Virus record (IMG/VR): IMGVR_UViG_3300035162_002132
Strand: one strand, 5' to 3'
Source: a virus
DNA: 64,000 nt
A model generated the notes under the pieces. The model saw only the letters and a program-made list of their open reading frames with translations. It did not search any database and had not been told where the DNA came from. This document shows, piece by piece, positions 50,077-57,337 of this stretch. The translations under genes were made by a program, and so were the position numbers. Position 1 is the stretch's first letter. Every line of letters begins with the position of its first letter.

Positions 50077-50241
50077 GATATATATCAAAAAAAATAGATA
50101 TATTAGGGTACATTTAACAAAAGTATAGTACCATATGGTGGGAAGTACTTTGTCACTGTAACCCCATATAGGTTGGAGAGGAGAGGAGAATTAACTCCTC
50201 TACCTCTCTCGATTGCTGCGAAGGGATTTAGAGACTCCCGT

Positions 50242-50712
50242 CTATTGTTCTCCTCCGGTTGGAAGAGTAGCCGCGAGACTCTCGTGTGTTCCGTCCCAAG
50301 TACCTGACTTAGAAAGGTTCACTGCTGTGCTGTTTATGTTCTTTAATGCACTTGCTGCCCATGAAGCACCGTTAGCATAATGCTTAACTTTACTTCGTTG
50401 GTTTGGTAGCATTAATGCTTTGATAGCATCTCCACCGTTGTCGAATGCTTCAGCCATTGCATTAATTGCTTCTGTAACTGATGTCATAACTGCTTGACCT
50501 TCGGCAGGTAGAGCATACCCTCTCTGACCGTATGGTGCGTTAGCGTAATCCCTAGCAATCTCTCGAATGGTAGAAGAAATACGAACTTGACGTGATTCAT
50601 TACCCGAACCTTTGTCAATCATTTTTCTTATAGTGGAGGCATCTGCCTTATCCACTGTCGTATCTGCGTCTAGCCATGCTAATGTTGTACCTGTAAATTG
50701 TTTCCATTCCAT
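50242..50712 (-). CDS. Early protein, paralog B
   Basis: GGTGA RBS; own promoter; followed by strong hairpin at about 50176-50210. Confidence 0.75.
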   Translation of the reverse strand: MEWKQFTGTTLAWLDADTTVDKADASTIRKMIDKGSGNESRQVRISSTIREIARDYANAPYGQRGYALPAEGQAVMTSVTEAINAMAEAFDNGGDAIKALMLPNQRSKVKHYANGASWAASALKNINSTAVNLSKSGTWDGTHESLAATLPTGGEQ

Positions 50713-50871
50713 CTTATATCACCTATTAATATTCGGTTCTCTCAAACCCTTCGTAGCACTATTATACTAGAATTAACGATATATGAGGTTTCTGCTACAA
50801 AGTGCTACAACCATATGGTGGGACTACTTTGTAAGGGACACCTCATATACCACTATTTCACTACAAGTAGT

Positions 50872-51057
50872 ATGTCAAGACTCATTGAAGGCAAAGTATA
50901 TCCTTATGAATTAGAAGTAGGTCATTCTAAATCAGGCTCACAACAAGTATTAGTAATTAAGAGCCTTAAAGTCAAGGGTGATGACCTTGCACAAGCATTA
51001 GAAGAATTAGATTCGGCCATAACCGTGTTTAACTCAATAATTAATCAAAACAATTAA
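50872..51057 (+). CDS. Small early protein (start revised to 50872)
   Basis: Leaderless after CCTCATATACC on the right flank of the dyad at 50797-50832. Confidence 0.65.
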   Translation: MSRLIEGKVYPYELEVGHSKSGSQQVLVIKSLKVKGDDLAQALEELDSAITVFNSIINQNN

Positions 51058-51059
51058 CT

Positions 51060-51535
51060 CCCATATGGGGCTGAAAGTGGATTGGTCGAAATCACAGGAT
51101 TTTATTAAAAGACCCCACTCTTAGACTTGTCAGAACGTTTGTTCTTGTATCCGTCATAATTTCAACGACATATGCATCATAAAGGTAGCGAATAGAAGCC
51201 ACCGAGTATGTATAATTCATCGGTTGAACACTTAAACGAACTACAAACTTCCCACTGTTTAGAGAACGAAAAAATATCACCGTTCACCGAAGCCCCATAC
51301 TCACACTCCTGTTATCAAAGATGGTTTAAACCAAGTAACGAGCCAACGTCAGTAATCAAAACAAAGCAGACCTCTCCTACAACGCATACTACGCCGAATA
51401 ACCCTTAACTTAATTGTTATGTGACATACTGTATCGAATACTAGTACAACGATAGAAGTCCCTGTTCGGAATTGCCTCTCTAGTGCATTGTCTTAAGTCT
51501 AATTCACTGTTTACTGACCGAGGCTCGTTCAGCCT
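51060..51535 (-). ncRNA. Candidate structured ncRNA (left)
   Basis: Own dyad and TATA (51557-51569); no credible ORF; hairpins AGGCU-GAACG-AGCCU (51521-35), GGUGGC/GCUACC (51184-203), CUUCGG (51286-93), CCCAUAUGGG (51060-69). Confidence 0.5.
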
Positions 51536-51659
51536 TACTCTTTTTTGCACATTTTTGGTATATATGGGGATGCCGACAAAGTGGCCTACCATATGGTTGT
51601 AATTTTTGCAATAGAAATAAACTCGGCAGAGGTGTCCGCAGAGGTGGCAGGGCTATATA

Positions 51660-52150
51660 TACCGAATCTGCGAAATATATATTGTCAGACGGCGCTTTCA
51701 AAGCGCATGTTTACCCTAGTACAATATATAATCAGCACATGTTGCTAGATACACAACCCTTGACACCTAAATAACACTACAATTTATTGGGTATAAACTA
51801 CCCTCCCTATATAGTATAGTATAATGTACTAATATTAGTATAGTATAAAATATAATTAATATCTATATTGTAACAGTCTCTGATTCTACCATCGTTTATC
51901 GTCCTTTATCTAGTCAAATGATAATTGGAAACGTAGAAAAGGTGGCTTTCTAAGTCATATACTTATATTTTATATATTCATTTATCATTTATTATTATTA
52001 TCATATATATATTATCTAACTTACACTCACATATTATCTACTACTATCTACCATTACCTATTACTATTATATTATTAGGGCATGATGATAAACGGGATAA
52101 ACAATAAATGGACAGGAAAATCTGCGATTCCTGCATAATTTCGCAGAATA
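51660..52150. other. AT-rich putative replication origin or genome-end region
   Basis: Coding-strand switch point; 14-bp palindrome TACTAATATTAGTA (51827-40); inverted TTTATC/GATAAA pairs; inverted repeat TCTGCGAAAT (51667-76) and ATTTCGCAGA (52138-47). Confidence 0.5.
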
Positions 52151-52660
52151 ATACTTATCATTGCCATATAGAAATGGCAGATAAATGACACTCAACAACA
52201 CATGGAAGACAAGAAAGGCGTTTGGCTAACTTAGCGGTTAGTCATATGACAAGTGACGTAGTGACTCTTCGGAGGAATGACTGAACGACTAAGTATTGGC
52301 ATGGTTGAGATTGTAGGTTACTTTCAGTAATTGAATGAATAGATACAGGAGTTCGCCCTTCTAGCAAAACGATGACAAGCCCTACTTCGGTAGGTGAGTT
52401 GGAATTTTGAGAGATTGAGTACCTAGCACTTAGAAGATGTCTTTGTGCTGCTTTGCGCTATAAAAAAGAGCAGTCGGTATTGTGGTAAAATCATCGGTCA
52501 TGTTACTTCAACAGGACACATCCCCTCCGAGGAAGATGGCATAGCACATTCGTTCACCCTACAACTCACACTCAAAATATCACATATATTCGGGAGTCAA
52601 ACCCTTAGTATTAGGGGTGCAGGAAATCCATACCTGCATCCCAACACATTCAACAATCGG
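52150..52660 (+). ncRNA. Candidate structured ncRNA (right)
   Basis: No credible ORF; stems UGGCUAAC/GUUAGUCA (52223-44), CUC-UUCG-GAG (52265-74), CCUAC-UUCG-GUAGG (52381-94), 10-bp GGGGUGCAGG/CCUGCAUCCC (52614-42), enclosing CUCAAC/GUUGAG (52191-52309). Confidence 0.6.
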
Positions 52661-52672
52661 AGAGAAATAAAA

Positions 52673-52954
52673 ATGAAAATAAATAAAAACGGATTTGTAG
52701 AAAACAAGACATACATACACATGGTAACTGATAGGCATCATACTCACATGAAAGTGTCAGTATCTGATTGGCCGAACTTAGGTGGTATGATTTTACATAA
52801 AGAGCGAGACATTACAACAGGTAGCAAATCAAAAATATACGCTTGGGCTAGAGAGAATAACTATCCTGTATATCATTGGAAACAGGAAGCATTCATGTCT
52901 CCGTATGTTTATTCACCAAGTATTACAGAACCAATTGACCCAAGGGGATATTGA
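52673..52954 (+). CDS. Hypothetical protein (start revised to 52673)
   Basis: GGAG RBS; the ORF-track extension lies inside the structured RNA. Confidence 0.65.
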   Translation: MKINKNGFVENKTYIHMVTDRHHTHMKVSVSDWPNLGGMILHKERDITTGSKSKIYAWARENNYPVYHWKQEAFMSPYVYSPSITEPIDPRGY

Positions 52955-53487
52955 AGATGAACATATTTGTATTAGATAACTGCCCTAGAGAAAGTGCTAG
53001 AATGATGGCAGACAAGCATGTAGTAAAAATGCCAACCGAAAGTTTACAGATGATTTCAACTATACTAAACTTGTATGGGTTGAAGAGTCCATACAAACCT
53101 GTAATGTTAAACCACCCTTGTACTATTTGGTCAAGGGAAACTAAACAGAATATGCAATTTCTACTAGACCATGCTGACGAGTTATGCAAGGAGTACACTC
53201 GCCGATATAGCAAGACTCACAAAGTCGAACTCTCAATGAAAGAGTTTGCAGGAGAAATAGAGACACTACTAACTCTATTAGATGATGGTGGATTAACACC
53301 ATTCGCAGTAGCAATAAGCGATAATCAAAAATGTAGAACAGCAGTAAAAGACTTCGATAGTTTATCTACTGTTGATAAATACCGAGCATATTATATCCAT
53401 GATAAGTATTGGTTTGCATCATGGAGGTGGCCGTTAAACCCACCTTCTTGGTATGCCAAACATGTCAATCAATATGCTAAATTTTAG
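52951..53487 (+). CDS. Pyrimidine-dimer DNA glycosylase/endonuclease V (DenV)-like family protein
   Basis: MNIFVLD.CP...DKHVVKMPTESLQMIST...NHPCTIW...YRAYY signature. Confidence 0.7.
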   Translation: MKMNIFVLDNCPRESARMMADKHVVKMPTESLQMISTILNLYGLKSPYKPVMLNHPCTIWSRETKQNMQFLLDHADELCKEYTRRYSKTHKVELSMKEFAGEIETLLTLLDDGGLTPFAVAISDNQKCRTAVKDFDSLSTVDKYRAYYIHDKYWFASWRWPLNPPSWYAKHVNQYAKF

Positions 53488-53498
53488 GAGGAATAATA

Positions 53499-54032
53499 AT
53501 GGCAAGAATTAATAAAAATATAAATTACAATGGTCTTAACACTAAAGGAAGAACACGACATAAATCACAGCGAACATGTACTTTCATCAATGAAGATGGT
53601 CACAGGTGTGCTCGCGTATTTGTTGGATATACAACTAAACATACTCGTTGTAGCGAACACAGTCCCGATGGTGTGGATAAAACAAGTAATCAGAGAAACA
53701 TATATTCTATGAATGCTAAGTCTGACGACATGCGAACTTTCATCCTTGAACTAATGGATAAAGATGCAGCAGGACTACTACGCGGTGGAGATGGTATTAC
53801 TACTATTAAGGAAACTATCAAAGGATTAGAAACCGAAATTAGTGAATTAAAAACTATCATATCTGCTGTCAATGATGAGAACAAACTGCTCAGGGAATCA
53901 AGTGGCGCGGACGAAATAGCAGGACTAAAAAAACAGGTCGAATCCTTTAGAAAAACATCCCTAGCCAATTCAGAACGTATCGTGAATCTCAACACTAATG
54001 TAAGTGCTATCACGAATAAATGGGGATTATAA
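53499..54032 (+). CDS. Zn-finger plus coiled-coil protein
   Basis: C...C...CSEH; heptad-rich C-terminus; GGAGG RBS. Confidence 0.7.
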   Translation: MARINKNINYNGLNTKGRTRHKSQRTCTFINEDGHRCARVFVGYTTKHTRCSEHSPDGVDKTSNQRNIYSMNAKSDDMRTFILELMDKDAAGLLRGGDGITTIKETIKGLETEISELKTIISAVNDENKLLRESSGADEIAGLKKQVESFRKTSLANSERIVNLNTNVSAITNKWGL

Positions 54033-54340
54033 TTACAATCAATGTCGGTTTCCACAATAATTAGTGAAACATTAACGTGGTGTTGCTCTCTCCGCACAAT
54101 CACTTCCCGACAACTGACCTCATATCCTACCGCTACGTTATTGCAACCAGTGGTTAGATGTCAGAGTTTATCAAAAAATATTAATTAAAATAAGTAAAAT
54201 GTAATAGAATTAAACTAACTCCGTGTAAAGACACTAAACAATGTGTGTTTTTGCACCGTTTAAGTAGTCTCAGGATTTATTTTTCACAGGAATTAGTTTA
54301 TCTCTATTATGAATGAGTAAAGAGCATAAGAGGAATTACA

Positions 54341-54529
54341 ATGATAATAGATAACAACAAGTTAAATAATAAAGAGATTTACTGCACTGTGTGTGAAGAT
54401 AAAGAATATATTGCTGTTCAGACACAATATGGTGAATATGAACGAGAAGAATGCTTATGTGTACTTCAACGGTTCTTTGAACTACATAGTATAGAGGTAG
54501 AAGAAGATGAGCGAGAAAGTAATAGATAA
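54341..54529 (+). CDS. Small Zn-finger protein
   Basis: CTVC...CLC. Confidence 0.65.
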   Translation: MIIDNNKLNNKEIYCTVCEDKEYIAVQTQYGEYEREECLCVLQRFFELHSIEVEEDERESNR

Positions 54530-54617
54530 ATGTCACATATGTTGTCGTAGGACAGTTATTTGGAATAACCAACCCAAAGATACTTGTTTCGTCTGCTATC
54601 AGACATTAACATGTTAG
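54507..54617 (+). CDS. 36-aa Zn-finger microprotein (not in ORF track)
   Basis: MSEKVIDKCHICCRR...TCFVCYQTLTC; GAGG RBS. Confidence 0.5.
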   Translation: MSEKVIDKCHICCRRTVIWNNQPKDTCFVCYQTLTC

Positions 54618-54883
54618 AGAGAGACAAAGAGTATATTAGATTTAAAAACGCACTATTATCCATTAAAGAGATACAAGCGTTTACTTGGTCTAAACTTAAA
54701 GAAACAGATGAAATGAATAGGTTATTCTATGGTGATACTTTAGGTGAACATAAAAAACCAAAGTACTACAAAGTGGTAGTGTTTCTTCGTGGTGGTCAGA
54801 ACTTCGTTTCTGCTTGCACTAAGAAGACTCTTGATAATTTAATTAGAAGATTCAAAAGACAGTGGTCAGAAGAAGAGGAATAA
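54611..54883 (+). CDS. Hypothetical protein
   Basis: Probable start 54611. Confidence 0.65.
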   Translation: MLERDKEYIRFKNALLSIKEIQAFTWSKLKETDEMNRLFYGDTLGEHKKPKYYKVVVFLRGGQNFVSACTKKTLDNLIRRFKRQWSEEEE

Positions 54884-54884
54884 T

Positions 54885-55088
54885 ATGAAAGAAATAGATA
54901 TGCGAACTGCAATCGCAACAAATATAGAAAAAATGCAAATACACTACAACGGTTTGGTTGAGGCATACGAAAGTTTGCCCACATTAAGACTACACCGTAA
55001 ACAAACAATCGAAGATGCCATCCTAGTTATTGGGGTAATTATGGATGGAGTTATGAAAGAAATAATAGACGAAGGAGGAAGAATATAA
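54885..55088 (+). CDS. Hypothetical protein
   Basis: GAGG RBS. Confidence 0.65.
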   Translation: MKEIDMRTAIATNIEKMQIHYNGLVEAYESLPTLRLHRKQTIEDAILVIGVIMDGVMKEIIDEGGRI

Positions 55089-55251
55089 TGTTTGGAATAT
55101 TAAAAACAATGTATCAGATAGCAACACCTTGGAACTGGACTAGTGACGGTACAGGGAACGATGATGTCTGAAACATAATAAAAAGGAGATAAAAAAATGA
55201 AAATATGGAAGATATACTACAATCAAGGTAGTATTTATTGGAGGAATAAAA

Positions 55252-55497
55252 ATGAATAAACAAGAAAGTAATGTAGAATTTAGGATGGTTAACGATGATG
55301 AAATGCCACCTATGGTAATAACGATGAATGACAATGATGAAGTTAAGGTAGTACTTAACCAACGTTTTTTAATTTGGCTATCGCTAAATAGAAAGACAAT
55401 TGGTGGATTGCCTGAAGCACTGTATGGTAAAATAGACATGCTTCTAGACGGATTCTTGAGAGAACAGAGAAGCAACGAAAGGTTGGATTTAGAATGA
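55252..55497 (+). CDS. Hypothetical protein
   Basis: GGAGG RBS. Confidence 0.7.
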   Translation: MNKQESNVEFRMVNDDEMPPMVITMNDNDEVKVVLNQRFLIWLSLNRKTIGGLPEALYGKIDMLLDGFLREQRSNERLDLE

Positions 55498-56672
55498 ATG
55501 ATATAGATAATGAGATGAATTTAAAGAAAGGTAATAATTATCCTGCTTTAACTGCAAGATTGTTAGCACTATCTGAATCGGATGACTATGATATAGCCAA
55601 GAAAGAATGGCGTATCACAGGTAAGGTTTGGAAGAAATCACCTGTCGGAAGATATAGGCATTTAATTCTTAATCACCCTAGTAATCATCCCTACCACTGT
55701 TTATGTGGTAAAGATATTGTATATCATTTTGAGATTGAGAACACTAAAACCGGTGTTGAAGAAATAGTTGGGTCTACATGTATTAATAATTGGATGGTTC
55801 TCAGACATATGTCTGAAACTCTTAACATTCCAATTAGTGCTATTACAGAAGCAAAGATAGAAGAATGGAAAAACACATCAGTTAAGACTTTGATTAGACA
55901 AGCATGGTGGGACGAAGAAGGTGAAGAGTTCACTAAGTTATATGAAGAAATCATGGACTTGGATTTAAGACTTAATGTTAGGACAACCGGAAAGAAGTAC
56001 TACGATACTACATTAAAAGAATGGAGGCCGGTTACTTTTCTAAGAAAGACAGGTTCAGGTAAGTTCGGTAGAGAAGATTATCAAATGGCATCTATTGTTT
56101 GGAGATATAATCATCCTGATAATAAGAAGTCTCAACTGGGAACACGAGGTTATCCTAATGAGAAACTATTGAATGATATGGATTTGTTTTCAGTATATAT
56201 TGATGAGTACCTAGAAAAACTAGGTGTTGAAGATAAACACATTGCAGACAGAAAGTTATTTCTAGAGAATCTTGGTTTAGATGTTAAGGATAGAATGGGT
56301 AAACTCAGAGAACATGACATAACAGAACGTAAGTTCTTAGAAGCCTGTCTTTACTTTGGTTATCCTATATTTGATGCATATGAAGACGGGAATACTTCTT
56401 GGGAACGTGGCTTTTTGAGAGATATGAAGCGATTATTTGTTCGTGGCGGAGAACCAACTGAAAGTCAAGCCGGAAGGTTAAAGGAGATATTACTAACACG
56501 TAAGTTTGCTACGGCGACAGAACCACAACTGAACTTTCTAAAAGGATTAGGATACGAAGGGGATATGACATTACTTACTAAAAAGCAAGCATCTGAGGAG
56601 ATAGATAAGTTGAAGAAAACAGATGCTTACCCAGTAGTAAGAAACGGAACATGGAGGGAAGTTTATGAGTAA
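55494..56672 (+). CDS. Zn-binding protein with C-terminal DNA-binding-like helices
   Basis: HCLCGKDI...VGSTCI; SWERGFLRDM; ATEPQLNFLKGLGY...ASEEIDKL. Confidence 0.7.
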   Translation: MNDIDNEMNLKKGNNYPALTARLLALSESDDYDIAKKEWRITGKVWKKSPVGRYRHLILNHPSNHPYHCLCGKDIVYHFEIENTKTGVEEIVGSTCINNWMVLRHMSETLNIPISAITEAKIEEWKNTSVKTLIRQAWWDEEGEEFTKLYEEIMDLDLRLNVRTTGKKYYDTTLKEWRPVTFLRKTGSGKFGREDYQMASIVWRYNHPDNKKSQLGTRGYPNEKLLNDMDLFSVYIDEYLEKLGVEDKHIADRKLFLENLGLDVKDRMGKLREHDITERKFLEACLYFGYPIFDAYEDGNTSWERGFLRDMKRLFVRGGEPTESQAGRLKEILLTRKFATATEPQLNFLKGLGYEGDMTLLTKKQASEEIDKLKKTDAYPVVRNGTWREVYE

Positions 56673-56940
56673 GAAAAAAGAAGAAACTAAAGAAGAAAAA
56701 ATTGAAGAAGTAACAGAAGATGTGGTGGAGCAAACACCAGTAAATACATTGCAAGCGGATTTTAACCGTCTTCTAGAGTATGCTAAGGGATTGGAAGGAA
56801 CAATTCAAGAGTTTAGAAGTAGGGTTGACGTTTACGAAGCAATGCAAATACAACTACTTGGTGATAAGAGAGAATTAAAATCTTATATAACATCATTAGA
56901 AAATACGCTGAATGAAGCGAGACAAGCAACTCAGTCTTGA
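56665..56940 (+). CDS. Coiled-coil protein
   Basis: Heptad pattern; GGAGG RBS. Confidence 0.7.
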   Translation: MSKKKEETKEEKIEEVTEDVVEQTPVNTLQADFNRLLEYAKGLEGTIQEFRSRVDVYEAMQIQLLGDKRELKSYITSLENTLNEARQATQS

Positions 56941-56975
56941 ACATAGTTGACATAAAAAAAGGAAGGTAAATTAAA

Positions 56976-57176
56976 ATGAAATTAAGAATAATGAATGAAA
57001 CGGGCCACACGGAAATGGAAGTAACCAGTTCCGAGATGATTGAACAGATAGCAGACCATCCAACTCATTGGGTATATGTTAACGGTGACATGGTAAGCAG
57101 ACAGAACATAACCGATGTAGATTGGTCAACTGTTGATAATGTGAACCTAGTCCCTGCAATCGTTGGCGGTTGTTAG
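56976..57176 (+). CDS. Ubiquitin-like (beta-grasp, ThiS/SAMP-like) protein ending VGG-C
   Basis: 66 aa; WVYVNG...VNLVPAIVGGC; di-glycine masked by one extra residue. Confidence 0.75.
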   Translation: MKLRIMNETGHTEMEVTSSEMIEQIADHPTHWVYVNGDMVSRQNITDVDWSTVDNVNLVPAIVGGC

Positions 57177-57207
57177 ACAATAACAACTAAGACAGAATTA
57201 CTAGAAA

Positions 57208-57310
57208 CTCCTGTCGGGATTCACTGACAGGAGGCAACTACTATATGGTGCGAGCAGCGCGTATGTAGTCCTAGCATCGGGAAAGATGACGAGTAGGTGC
57301 AAAGCCTACT
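57208..57310 (+). promoter_or_regulatory. Structured intergenic leader upstream of class II RNR
   Basis: Four consecutive stems: 57208-33, 57237-69, 57275-88, 57292-310 (loop UGCAAAG). Confidence 0.55.
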
Positions 57311-57337
57311 AACAACACTTTTAAGGAGAGAGTATTA

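Larger units (their letters stand above)
47114..51607. promoter_or_regulatory. Seven copies of dyad element ACAAAGT(A/G)-N3-6-ACCATATGGT-N3-6-TACTTTGT, six next to a CCC(T/C)-ATATA TATA box
   Basis: Copies at about 47114 (half), 47958-47995, 48661-48696, 49736-49768, 50117-50153, 50797-50832, 51576-51607; all intergenic; arm 6-11 bp from the C-tract preceding the TATA box. Confidence 0.85.

Noticed and set aside
47114-51607. Dyad repeats as a CRISPR array or an integron attC array
   Set aside because: Spacing is 380-1080 bp and irregular, spacers contain genes, and no cas or integrase/recombinase is in the window; a promoter-linked role fits better, with recombination kept only as an alternative
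51060-52660. tRNA, RNase P, SRP RNA, hammerhead or group I/II intron in the RNA candidates
   Set aside because: No GTTCRA T-arm cloverleaf, no GAGGAAAGUCC, no CUGAUGA/GAAA core and no flanking exons seen; CUGAACGA occurs in both RNAs but is too short to interpret
52445-52672. N-terminal extension of ORF 52445-52954, and small ORFs at 51092-51748
   Set aside because: No RBS, non-coding-like composition, and overlap with strong RNA hairpins and promoter elements
57208-57310. Canonical cobalamin riboswitch
   Set aside because: GGGAA-to-T-loop spacing is too long and no GCCACUG/B12-box core follows; kept only as an unknown structured leader
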